Assembly (NCBI GenBank): GCA_963803975.1
Contig: CAWDOY010000024.1
Span: 1-35,195 of the forward strand
Source: an uncultured delta proteobacterium
Lineage (GTDB): Bacteria > Desulfobacterota > WTBG01 > CAIYCZ01
Direction: 5' to 3'
DNA length: 35,195 nucleotides
The notes beneath the pieces are model-generated. The model searched no databases. It saw nothing but the letters and a program-made list of their open reading frames with translations, and was not told where the DNA came from. The first letter of the stretch is position 1. Each line of letters starts with the position of its first letter. Shown here piece by piece: positions 1 to 10,653 of the stretch. A program made the translations under genes and the position numbers.

Positions 1-1
1 T

Positions 2-589
2 GGGGTTGTCAGGGTATTGGGGCATTGGCGGGGTGTCAGCCCTGCCGGAAATGAACGACATGTTGTTTTGTACCGTAAGGGTCATGTCATATTTCAGCTT
101 GCCGTCGACGATGTAGCCGTCATCCTGGTTTTTATAGGCATCGCCGTAGCTGCGGCACCTGAAATTGTGGGCCATTTCAAGAGCACTTGTGGTGTTGGGA
201 AACGGTACGCCCGCAGTCCAGCTTACTATCTCTCCGCTGGCATCCAGCTTTGACTGGCCATAATATTCCTTGGTGGCCTTAATATAGCCGGGAGAATAGG
301 GCACTTCCTGGTAGGGAACAATAATAAACCAGTTGTCGCCCCAACGGCCGGTGTCCTTCATGAGGTTATAGTAGCTTTCAGGGAGAAACTCCTTTACCTC
401 GTCCACGTTGGCCGCGGTAATCTTCTTACCGGCAAAAGTCTTTTCCCACTCGCGCACTTTTGCCAGCTCATCTCCCTGATAGCAGGCAACCGGAAAGCTG
501 AGGTCGGCAGCCAGCACCACATCAGGAACCAGCATGAACACCGCACACAGCAGCGCAACGAACTTTCTGAAATCTTTATTATGTGACAT
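2..589 (-). CDS. DUF1329-like periplasmic protein (LolA-like fold family), N-terminal part; runs off the window edge
   Basis: Not in the ORF track because it has no stop in the window. Hand translation from ATG 589 (GGAGG RBS): MSHNKDFRKFVALLCAVFMLVPDVVLAADLSFPVACYQGDELAKVREWEKTFAGKKITAANVDEVKEFLPESY. This has a signal peptide and clearly matches 21500..22813 (ELAKVRDWEKTWAGKKIDQSNVDQIKEFLPESY). Confidence 0.8.
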   Translation of the reverse strand, partial: MSHNKDFRKFVALLCAVFMLVPDVVLAADLSFPVACYQGDELAKVREWEKTFAGKKITAANVDEVKEFLPESYYNLMKDTGRWGDNWFIIVPYQEVPYSPGYIKATKEYYGQSKLDASGEIVSWTAGVPFPNTTSALEMAHNFRCRSYGDAYKNQDDGYIVDGKLKYDMTLTVQNNMSFISGRADTPPMPQYPDNP

Positions 590-610
590 TATGTACCTCC
601 CTCCCGTTTG

Positions 611-2129
611 TTAGAATTCGTATGTTATGTCGAACAATACCTGGTCAAGGCTTTCAGTGCTTTTCGTGGTTTCAACATAATTAAGATACCGAATCATGTA
701 CGTCCAGCCGAATGTGGGTTTGAAAGCGGTCATAAGCGTGTAATAGAACGTTCCCCTGGTAAGACCGTAGGCGCCGTAAAATCCGGCCAGTATCCGGTCG
801 TTCCAGAACCCGTAATCCAAAGACTGGGTGATCGTCTGCCAGGCATGGCGGTCTAGCGCATAGGTGACGTAGGGAAAGACCTGGTAGGTCTTGTGCTTGT
901 TCTGTGTCCACTCCATGGCCAGCTGTGTAGAGGAGCTGAGGTGCTTGTTGCGGTTCCAGGGGGTAAGGCCGGGAATAAAAAGCTTGGTGTCCCAGCCTAT
1001 GGTCGTGGCATAGCGGTTATAGCTGCGCACATCATTTGCTATACCCACAAGGTTGGTTGCCTTTTTGCTCAATTCCGCAATGAATTCAGTACGGAGCATA
1101 TTGCCGCTCATGGACAGATCCGTGCCGGGAAGGATGCAGAATTTTTTATCTATGGGCTTGTTAAAGGTGAAACCGACATTATTGTAGCGCTGGTACTGCT
1201 TTATATCCTCTGCCCTGCCAAAAAAGTTTTTATTCAGCGCGGACAGCTGCAACGCGATCCCTTTGCCGGTTCTGACCACCGGGTTGTTGTCGCGCTTGTT
1301 CAGATAAAAGAAGGTCCAGTCAAAACCCTTGAGAAAGCCCCTGATCCTGAAGCCCATATCCGGGTTTCCCCAGGTGGCCGGCTTGTCACGGTAATCGACC
1401 AGAAACAGTTCATTGGGATTCTGCAGGGAATTAAATCCTTCCGGGTGCAGTCAGGTGGTAGCCTGCGGGCCAGTTCCGGGTGGGCTCAAAGTCAGGGATA
1501 ATAAGACCTTCAAAGGTCATGTCCAGGGGCATGTCGGGCGGTGTGATGTAAAACCGCAGCATCCACAGGCCTCTTTTTATCTCGGCAAAGTCAGGGTAGC
1601 CGGGGTTCAGCAGGCCGCGGGCATCAACCGGATTTACGATATCGGCGGTCCGCTCAAAGGAGGTCTCGCCCCAGGACACAATCTGCTTGCCGGCGCGGAT
1701 CTGCCAGGACGGGGTGGTGTATTCAAGGTACAGTTCACGGCAGATATCGACGAATTTGTTGTATGACCGGACCTCCTGGATTCCCTGGTGCCCGCTGAAG
1801 CGCTCAAGATAGTTGTTGTAGCCCGAGTCAACCTCATGTGCGGCATCGTAGAACTCCTTCCATACGCCGTAGAGGTTGATCTGGTAGTCCGGGCATTGCT
1901 GGAGGCGGAACATGGTCTCCAGTTTCAACGAGGTCCGGAAATTAAAGATATCGTAATCATATAATTGTCCGGGGGAGGTTTTGTTTGCTCGCATGGCAAG
2001 CTGCTCTGAAATCTTGCCGTGGATGGTGACCTTGCCGTCCATGAGGTCAATAGCGGGTGCAGTTCCTGCCGATGCCAGCAGCGCGAAAACAGCAAGGACT
2101 GCTGCGGTGATTAATGCTCTTTTTTTCAT
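611..2129 (-). CDS. DUF1302-like outer-membrane beta-barrel protein (one frameshift near 1445)
   Basis: Joins ORFs 1431..2159 and 611..1357. AAGGAGG precedes ATG 2129. Signal peptide, RAGKQIVSWGET...DIVNPVD motif shared with 19856..21430, and C-terminal YEF beta-signal. Confidence 0.75.
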
Positions 2130-2248
2130 GGGCCCTCCTTTGGTTAGATGGTTAATCAATACCCCTGAATTGTATTCTAAGAAACTTATAGTAAAAATAA
2201 TTCAGCATGTAAAGAAATTTTTAGCAGAATTATACAAAAAATAAGCCC

Positions 2249-4629
2249 CTATTTCTCCGCTACTTGTCCCGCCTTCAAGAGAAATTTCGGCTTGAACAGG
2301 AGTATCAGCACCGGGCACCAGAAATACCGCACCCAGGCAGTTGAGGAACAGGATGACCGCCAGCATGAGCCCCATCTGCGCCTGGAACTTGAGTCCCGAA
2401 AGCGTCCACACCAGAAGGCCGATAACCAGGGTCCCGGCAATGGCGATGATTGACTTTGAGTAGCTGCGGATGGTGCGCATTAAGGCCTCCTCAAGGGTGA
2501 TGGACGGATCGTTTCTTTTCTCCTCCGCCACACGCGCCAGAAGGTATATCCCGTAATCAACGCCCATGCCGATGCCCGCAGCAGAGACCGGCAGCGTTGA
2601 TATGGATAGGCCGATCTGGTTCAAGCGCCATATAGGCATAGGCCATCCAGTTGGAGATGGCCAGCGGTATGGTGAGGATGAGCCCGGCCTTGAATGATTT
2701 GAACTCGAGGGCGCAGAAGAAGAAAACCCCCAGCAATGCCAGAAACAGGGTCTGCAGCTGCTTGTCCCAGACCACCTCGTTGATGGCCGCCTCAGTGCCG
2801 ATGACGCCGCCGGCAAGCCGGTATTTAAAACCTTCCGGCAGTTTGGCCAGCCCATTGATATATTGTTTTGCCGTATCAATGGCGCGCTTTATGGTGGGCC
2901 CGGTCTTGTCGGTATAAAAGAGCACGAGGTTGGTCTGCATGATCTTGGGGTCAACGAACTTGTTCATGTCACCGGGGTCGCCTGACTGCAGCAGGCCGAT
3001 AAGATAGGCATTGGCCGAAACCGGGTCCTCTGCCATGCCCATCCATTTGGGATCGTCCTCGTGCAGCTTCTGGGGCATGGCCATAATGGGGGATATCAAA
3101 TTCTGAAAGCCCGCCGCCCCGGAATTTTTCATCATGTAATAGGAGAATTTTTTCAGATCAACCAGGGACTGCGGCTGCGTGAGGGAGCGCTGCTTTTCCC
3201 CCTCCAGCATGATATAGAGCGGGTTTATGAGCGGCAGGTTCTGATTGATGCGCACGCTGTCCTGGTTGTAGCGGGAAGACGGGTAGAGGAGGTTTGACCC
3301 CACCTCGGCATCGCCCACAATCAGCTGCTCCGACCAGTAGTAGGAAAAGCAGGTTATGAGAACGCTGACAACAATGACGATGTAGCGGCCTTTGCTCACA
3401 ATCCACGGGGCAAGCCAGTCGGCAAATTTATTTTCCCAGCCTTTGCGCTGCTCATCCTGCAGCCGCAGATGCTCTATGTGTTTAAGCAGCTTTGGCGATA
3501 CCGGTACATAGGTGAGCAGCACCGGCGTGAGAATAAGGCCCACAATGACCGTGATGATTGACCAGAACGCGCCGGCTATGGCAATGTGCTGCAGCACCGG
3601 CACCGGCGTGATGGCGACGATGGCGATGCCAAAAGCATCGGTTATAATACTGGTCAGCCCGGGGAGGAACATCTGCTCGATAATCACCCGCACCCCTGCC
3701 AGGGCATCCCGGGTCTTGATGTACTCCTCATAGTAGCGGTTATAGAGCTGGTGTGAGTGGCGGAAGGCCATGAGGGAGATAAGAAACGGCAGCACAAATA
3801 CCAGCGGGTCAAGGTTATAGCCCATGATGGCCATGAAGCCGAGGCCCCAGATGCCTGAAACGACTGCTGCCAGCGGGACAATCAGGATCGCCCAGAACGA
3901 TCGGTACGCCAGGAACAGCAGTATGGGGATTATTACCAGGGTGGCCCCCATGATGTAGTTCATGGTGTCGATCATGTTGGCGACCACGCCCAGATGCATG
4001 GGATGCCCCACGATGGAAAGGGTGGTGTTGGCATCCTCGGTTGTGGCGCGCAGGCGCTCAAGCTCTTTAGTTATGCGGGAGTAGTCAAGCGCCTCATCTT
4101 CAAAAAAGTCAGCGTAGATGAGTGATTTTTTCGAGTCAAGGGAGACATAGGAGCCGTAATAGGCCTCGTTTGAGTAGATGGCCTGCTTTAATTTCTGCAT
4201 CTCCTGGTCTGTTTTCGGCACCTCCGGCCACATGAGGGATGTTGATTCAATGCCCCAGGAGGTGATTTTAGGGTTTTTCAGCTTCCGGGATGCAAGGGAA
4301 ATAATTTTGTAACGGTCAATGCCGGGAATTGCCTCGAGCTCATTGGTGATGTAGCGGATTTTTCCCAGGGTGTCCCTGTTGAAGATGTCACCATCCTTCA
4401 CCGAGATCATGATAACCAGAAAATTGGCGCCGCCGAAGGTTTTACGGAAATCATTGTGAATCTTGATGTATTCATGGGTCTGCGGCAGGAGCTCGTTGAA
4501 ATTGGTGCTGAGCGTGAGGGTGCGCATCTTATCGGCGAAAATACCCGGTGATGCCGTGATTATCAGCAGTACCAGCAGGCGTCTTTTAATAACAAAGTCG
4601 GCTAGCTTTTTCATGAGCAAATCAGTCAT
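2249..4629 (-). CDS. MMPL/RND-family inner-membrane transporter (frameshifts near 2625 and 2310)
   Basis: Joins ORFs 2557..4659, 2202..2879 and the end of 2249..2440. Two-repeat architecture with large periplasmic loops; LDPLVFVLPFLI, ITDA and GIGMGVDYGIY motifs. Confidence 0.85.
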
Positions 4630-4684
4630 AGGGACTTTCCTTCTATAAGAGATTAACAATCTAGTTTAAAATCTATGCGCGAGT

Positions 4685-5750
4685 TTATTTCTGTTTTACG
4701 GGTATGCCGGAAAGCATGTTCCAGGTTTTGCCCCCGTCTTCTGTCCTGATAATGGTGCCGCGTGAGCCGACTGCCCAGCCATTGAGCCTGTCACAAAAAT
4801 CCATGTCGCGCAGCCAGAATTTTGTATTGGTGGCATCGGCACGCAGATCCCAGTTTCTGCCGTTGTCTGCGGAATGCAGGTAGGTGCCTTTCTGCCCCAC
4901 TGCCCAGAGGTTTCCCTCGCGGGCAACAATTTTATAGAGGGTGAGCTTGACGGCTTCCGCCGGGTTCTTTATTTTTTTCCAGGTGGTGCCGCCGTCCTCG
5001 GTGGCGATGATGGTTGAGTCCATGCCCGACTGCCCAGCCGTGCTGCGCATCGACAAACCATACGCTGTAGAGCGACGGGGTAGGGGTTTCCCACTGGGTT
5101 TTATCCACCACCGGGATAATGTCCGGTGCACTCCTGCTTTTGCCAGTTTTTGCCGCCATCCGCGGTGTGATAGATGAGGCCGAATTCTCCGACCACCCAG
5201 CCGTTATTCTGGTCCGTAAAGAAGATACTGTTGTAAATCTTGTCTTCTCCCGCAGCCCTGCTTGACCCAGGTGGCGCCGCCGTCAGCTGGTGTGGATAAT
5301 GGTGCCGAATTCTCCCGGCAGCCCAGCCGTTGCGCTCATCAACAAACGAGAGGGTGAAACAGATGGCTGGTTACGCCGGTTTGCTGCTTGCGTCCAGGTC
5401 TTGCCGCCGTCAGCGGTGTGCAGCATGATGCCGGCCCGACCGCTTATCCAGCCGATTGCGGGCGAGACAAAGGATACGGCGCAGAGATTGTTTTCCACGC
5501 CGCTTTTCTGAAACTCCCAGGTTTTGCCGCCGTCTGCGGTGCAGACAATCACCGAGTTGAAGCCGACTGCCCAGACATGCTGCCGGTCAACGCAGTCAAC
5601 GGCAAAGAGATTGTCGGCGGTAATGATGGGAAAGGGCGGCTTCCGGGGCGCTGGCGGCTGTACCCGGCTGCATGAGGCGACAAGCAGGGCCGGCAGGATG
5701 AGCAGAAAACAGAGCAGGGCAGGTGTAGCAGTTTTTGATTTGCCGAGCAT
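4685..5750 (-). CDS. YCF48/BNR (Asp-box) repeat beta-propeller lipoprotein (several frameshifts)
   Basis: Lipobox LVASC. Repeated WAVG...T-x-D-G-G-x-T-W units are spread over ORFs 5283..5750, 4932..5159 and 4685..5131. Confidence 0.8.
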
Positions 5751-5813
5751 GACACATTGTGGCTTACCTCATATTCGTGGTTGAATAATATTTTCATTCT
5801 ACCTGGGTGAACT

Positions 5814-5842
5814 ATTATAAACATTTTCCCGGAAAATGTCAA
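5814..5842 (-). promoter_or_regulatory. Consensus sigma70 promoter for cluster A with a palindrome overlapping the -35 box and spacer
   Basis: Minus strand reads TTGACA-17 nt-TATAAT exactly. ACATTTTCC-C-GGAAAATGT inverted repeat at 5821-5839. Confidence 0.8.
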
Positions 5843-5878
5843 TTGAGGCAAACACTAATTTATTCGTAGGGGAATCCC

Positions 5879-6564
5879 CTATGGCAGTTCGCCGCTTAAC
5901 ACCCAGTGAATAGCGTGCTGGACCAGCTCGGCGGAGCCTTTGAGATTGAGCTTCTCCTTGATGTTTGCCCGGTATGCTTCAACGGTTTTGATGCTGACAT
6001 GCAGTTTGTCCGCGACCTGCCGGGTGCCGAGGCCGCTGCCCAGCAGCTTGAACACCTGCAGCTCGCGATCACTGAGCAGCTCCATGGGCGAAGACGTTTC
6101 CTCGCGGCGGCTGTCAATAATTTTATTGAGCATTTTGGCACTCATGGCATCGCTCACATAGATTTTCCCCTGCAGCACCTGCCGTATTGCAATAATGACC
6201 TTTTCCGGCGCCTCCTGTTTCATAATATAACCCCTGGCGCCGGCGCGGAGGGCGCGTTCCGCGTACAGCGACTCATCGTGCATGGACAGGACCAGGATGG
6301 GGAGGTCAGGATGCTGCAGCCTGATATTTTTAATGAGCTCGATGCCGCTGTCGTGGCCGAGCGAGAGATCAATGACGGCGATGGCGGGCTTTAATTCCCG
6401 GATGGCAGGCAGTACCGCATCCGCGTTTTCCGCCTCACCGCACACGGTCAGGTCAGGCTCCTGGTCGATGAGCAGCTTGAGACCCTGGCGCACGATAGGA
6501 TGATCGTCAATAATAAACACCTTGGACTGCGGCTGCTTTTTACCGTACGGATTTCTGCAATCAC
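5879..6564 (-). CDS. NarL/LuxR-family response regulator (REC + HTH)
   Basis: IIDDHPIVRQG, phospho-acceptor in VIDLSL, GARGYIMK, LSDRELQV...TVEAYRANIKEKL. The ORF track start is 6520. The likely true start is GTG 6564 (AAGGA RBS), with one base lost from an A-run near 6540. Confidence 0.9.
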
Positions 6565-6567
6565 TTG

Positions 6568-8596
6568 TTATCCTTTCACGATACCTGTTGTCTGAAAAGT
6601 ACAGGTTACGACAGTGCCGCCCTCTGCCCGCGGTTTGACCGCCAGGGATGCTCCGATCATCCTGGCGCGGTAGCTCATAATGTGAAGCCCCATGCCTTTA
6701 CCGCGGTCAGAGGGTAGCGCTAATCCCACGCCATCATCATCAATAGTGAGAACGGTACTTTCATGGTTTGAAGCAAGAGAAATGATGACCTGGCGCGCAT
6801 GACCGTGCTTGATGGCGTTATTGACCGCTTCCTGGGCAATGCGGAACAGGTGCGTGGCGGTAGTATTGCTCGAGACCACTATCGCTGTATCTCCATGAAA
6901 AAGGCAGTTGATGTTGAAAAGGCCGGTGACCGTGTCAGCCAGTTCCCGGAGCGAAAGCACGAAGCCGTCTTGCCCCAGCGCAACCGGTGAAAGCCCCCGC
7001 GCCAGGCCGCGGGTCATTTCTATTGACTGATTGACCAGCTGGGTGATTTCCTTTGCCGGGCCTGCTTCAGCCGATGATTGCGCTGCCAGCTTCTGCTCCA
7101 GCACCTTGCTCAGAAAGGCAATGCCGGTCAGGTGCTGCGAAAGCCCGTCGTGGAGGTCCTGGCCGATTCTGATCTGCTCACGCCCGCTTATTTCAATGAT
7201 CTCCCGGATAAGCTGCTGGTTGACGGTAATGTCGAGGATGACCGCCATGATGCCCCCCACCGCGCCTGACGCGTCGCGCAGCGGTGCCGTGGATATGGTC
7301 AGATCAATCGGTGCGCCATCTTTTTTATTGCAGCGAATTTCAAAACCAGTAAAGCTGCTGCCCTGCAGCACCCGCTCTATCATTCCTTGAACGTCACGCT
7401 GTTTATCCGCAGGCACGAACGGCAGCGGCCGTCCCAGCACTTCCTCTTCCCGCCAGCCGAACATGCTCTCTGCCGCCGGGTTCCAGGTTTTTACTTTTTG
7501 TTCAGCAGTAATAGAGACAATAGCCAGCGGCGCTGATTCAATAAGCGCCGCGAGGGCCTGGTTGGTTTCAATGAGGGCTGCCTCGGCACGCGTGCGCTCG
7601 CTCACCTCCTTTGTCAGCTCCACCTTCTGATGGAAGAACATGGCTATGAGCTGCGCCAGATTGCCAAACTCTGTTTTATCAGTGCGCAGCTTCTTCAGTG
7701 AGTCGGGGTCCCCTTTTTCCAGGCTCTTTGAAATCAGCTTGAGCGGGGTGCTTACCCAGCGCACCAGAAACAGCGAAATAGCCACTAAAATAACGAGCGC
7801 GAAGATGATAAAGAGCACCAGCTGGGTCGTGGCCAGCGCATTAAATTGTTTGAGCAGGGAAGATTCACTGAGAACGTGTATGCGCATCACGGGGTTCCAG
7901 TCCCAGCCGGAGAGCATCCGCGAAAAGCCGAAAGAGCCGCTTATCGGGTCGTAGCGGTAACTGCTTTCAAATGTTTTTTCTCCTGCCCTGATGGGGCTCA
8001 GGGTAATGGTGCTTTCGGTAAGGACGGACAGCTCATTGATATAGTCTTGTACTCCATAACCGGCCCGCAATAAGGTATCCCCGGGGCTCCGTCTCCCGGA
8101 AGTGATCACTGACCGGGTGAATGGGGGCGGTGTGTATTTCAATCGGCCCGGCGGAGGTATTGAGATAAAAGTGGCGAAAATAGTGAGCGGAAAAGATTAT
8201 TTTTAGAACAGAAGACGGCAGAACGATGTCTGAAATGCCTGCGTCCCTGATGGTTCCGGCAGAATGCACAAGCTTGAAGTCAGGGCTGTAAAGACCTATG
8301 TACTGGACATTGGAGCTCGCCATCACGCTGTCGATGGTGGCCCGGGGCCAGATGGTATCAAGCCCGGAAACAAAGCGCACTATCTTATCGCTGTATGAAA
8401 ATTCGTAGGCAAACATCTCCAGGGAAGCCTCTTCGAGCTTAAGAATCTTATCGAACATGGTATTCTTTTCGTGGATCCTGGTGCTCAGCAGGACTTCTTC
8501 ACGGTTTTGTTCCGTAGAGCGCAGGGAGATGAAACCGGTGAGAAAAAGCACAAAGATTACCAGCAGGAAAAGGATAATTTTTGTCTGGATTTTCAC
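6568..8596 (-). CDS. Sensor histidine kinase: TM - CHASE4-like - TM - PAS - HisKA_3 - HATPase (frameshift near 8050)
   Basis: EQIRIGQDLHDGLSQ H-box, QEAVNNAIKH N-box, DDDGVG, GMGLHIM. PAS motif WNPAAESMFGW. The periplasmic region ends GYLIAGRLW. Joins ORFs 8033..8770 and 6568..8142. Confidence 0.85.
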
Positions 8597-8727
8597 GGCA
8601 TTATGAAAACGGATGCCCGGGTTATTTGGATAACTACAATTTATACCACAGAAGCGCGCGTTCAGTAATGCTAATTTTAGCGCGAGAGGGATAGGGAGAG
8701 CGCAAGCAGGGAGGGGCAAAGAAAGTA

Positions 8728-8763
8728 ACGGGTGCCGGGCGTTACACAATGCCGGGCACCCGT
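8728..8763 (-). terminator. Probable intrinsic terminator
   Basis: ACGGGTGCCGGGCGTT / AATGCCGGGCACCCGT hairpin followed on the minus strand by a T-rich tract, just after the stop at 8777. Confidence 0.55.
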
Positions 8764-8776
8764 GCTGCAAGCGCTC

Positions 8777-9672
8777 TCAGAGTCCCGGGCCGTAATAGCC
8801 GGTACGCCAGAAACCATCTTTGAAATAGTGATTGAATTTTTCCTCGCTGTTAAAAAGCATGTTCCCGAGACTTACCGCGGAATCATTTTCTATCAGGATG
8901 TTGATGAACTCTTCCGTGCCGGACTTGGTGCCGCTTATCAGTGCCGCGTCATCTTCGGGCTGCAGGCGGGCAAGAGCCGTCAGATAGGCGTCAGCAAAGA
9001 GCTTGAATGCCGCAAGCGCTGCATCGTGATACGCTTTGAGCTCGGCTTCCACATCGGTATCAGGCACCTCAATCTCGATTCGGTATTTGGATTTATAGGC
9101 ATCAATATGCGTGGTGTACTTACCGCCGTCTTCTCCGGTTCTCTGGTATTGTTCAACGAGCGCCAGCCCCTGTTCGAGCTTTGCAACCTCATCGCCAAAG
9201 AAGGTGTCAACGTCGATTTCATCCATGTTCACATCATAGAAATCCATGCTGAAGGAGGTGGACATGCCGGCCATTACCTTTGAGTGCGTCGCCATGCAGA
9301 AGGGGGCCCGGATGTCCGCATTGGGCCGCACCACGAACGCAACATCGCTAAAGTTTCCGGAATCCGGCGGTCTTCAAACTGGCTGATGCAGCCGGTTGCC
9401 ATGTGGTCGCTCTCCTCCGGATAGAGATGGACTTCAAGCTGGCTGTTGCCGAAAACCAGGCGGGGTATCAGCGTGAGTTTCAGGACATAATCATCAAAAT
9501 CATTTACAATGTCATCGCGGGTCTCGAATCCGGGCATGGCCTGAAATTTTGCCAGGAGATACTCCTGCATGTTTTTATACAGGTCATAGTCTTTTTCCGG
9601 GGTCTTGGCGCAGGAAACAAGCAGCGGGATACAGCACAGCATACAGGATAGCAAACGAGAAAGATTTTGCAT
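8777..9672 (-). CDS. Hypothetical lipoprotein (frameshift near 9335)
   Basis: Lipobox LVSC and AAGGAG upstream. ORFs 9274..9672 and 8777..9334 overlap in different frames and read as one acidic protein. Confidence 0.6.
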
Positions 9673-9790
9673 GTTTCATAGGGATACTCCTTGTGTGAGT
9701 TTGTAAATATATAACCATGGTCTCTTAATGGGTAATAAAAGAGTTGATAATGGATGTCAAGGTGAAAAGCTGGATGTGTATGTATTTAAA

Positions 9791-9839
9791 GTGAAAAGTG
9801 AAAGGTGAAAAGTGAAAGGTGAAAGGTGAAAGGTGAAAT
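9791..9839. repeat. Heptamer tandem repeat (GTGAAAR)x7
   Basis: gtgaaaa gtgaaag gtgaaaa gtgaaag gtgaaag gtgaaag gtgaaat. Confidence 0.9.
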
Positions 9840-9849
9840 GGAGCATACG

Positions 9850-10545
9850 TTAGCTTCTGTTAAGAAGTTTGATGAGAAAGACAGCGGCGCCAGCCCCGTT
9901 TTCAATGAGATGGGCAATAACCGGCGTCAGCAGCGAGCCGCTCCACAGATAGCCCAGCGCAAAGAAGATGCCCATGCAGAAAAGGAGCACGGAGTTTTGC
10001 AGCGGGAAGAAATGATAGAGGGTGAAAACAAGTGACTGAAGAATGAGAGCAACGACCAGGCCAAGCCGGCTGGATAGCACCGGCAGCAGCATGCCCCGGA
10101 AAATAATCTCTTCACCGAAGGCATTAAGCAGGGCCGCCGTGAGCAGGAGCGCGATAGCGACAGCTGAACTGGTGTGCTCCAGGGCAGCGCCGCCGGTTGA
10201 AACATACGGGGTGCCAAACAGAAGATACGAGTATTTCTGGTAGAGACCGGCAAAGACCATCATCCCCGCAGCCAACACCACACCCTTCCACAGCGCCTGC
10301 CACAGGCCGTTGTTCACCCAGCCGAGACAGGATGGGTTCAGGCCGGCAAGTTTCCATAGCAGAAAAAGAGGGATAATGGTCTTAGAAGAAATTACCAGGA
10401 AGGTGAGCAGGGCAGGGTAGACATCCCTGCGGGAAGCCAGCATCGGGTGCAAAGCCCTTTCCAGAAGCACCAGGATACTGACAGCGATGATAACCGCTAA
10501 AGTAATACCGGGGGCTTTTGGATACTGCTGGAAGAGATTCAGCAT
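9850..10545 (-). CDS. CPBP (CAAX/Abi) family intramembrane glutamic endopeptidase
   Basis: FGEEIIFRG (EExxxR), FTLYH (FxxxH) and HLIEN (HxxxN) motifs with multiple TM helices. Confidence 0.9.
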   Translation of the reverse strand: MLNLFQQYPKAPGITLAVIIAVSILVLLERALHPMLASRRDVYPALLTFLVISSKTIIPLFLLWKLAGLNPSCLGWVNNGLWQALWKGVVLAAGMMVFAGLYQKYSYLLFGTPYVSTGGAALEHTSSAVAIALLLTAALLNAFGEEIIFRGMLLPVLSSRLGLVVALILQSLVFTLYHFFPLQNSVLLFCMGIFFALGYLWSGSLLTPVIAHLIENGAGAAVFLIKLLNRS

Positions 10546-10577
10546 GGTACAATGCCTGCAGTGGAGAGACAAAATAA

Positions 10578-10617
10578 AATGTGGAAACCCGCGGCCGCTG
10601 CCGGAAGTTTCCACATT
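10578..10617 (-). terminator. Probable intrinsic terminator ending the tetR operon
   Basis: AATGTGGAAAC...GTTTCCACATT inverted repeat followed on the minus strand by TTATTTT. Confidence 0.55.
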
Positions 10618-10653
10618 GCCGTGAACTATTGTTTCAGAACGGGCCTTAGATGC

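Noticed and set aside
4685..5750. YCF48 as evidence of photosystem II assembly or phototrophy
   Set aside because: These are generic Asp-box propellers in the MMPL/DUF1302/DUF1329 context, with no photosynthesis genes.
611..5750. Cluster A as a set of pseudogenes or programmed frameshifts
   Set aside because: Indels are scattered over many unrelated genes with no nonsense substitutions noticed and no shared slippery motif. The promoter and RBSs are intact, so sequencing error is more parsimonious.
9791..9839. Tandem repeats here and at 31821-31909 as CRISPR arrays
   Set aside because: Units are 7-9 nt with no spacers, and there are no cas genes.
9850..10545. Abi-domain protein as a phage abortive-infection system
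   Set aside because: The CPBP/Abi name does not imply defence. It is an intramembrane protease with no defence context.
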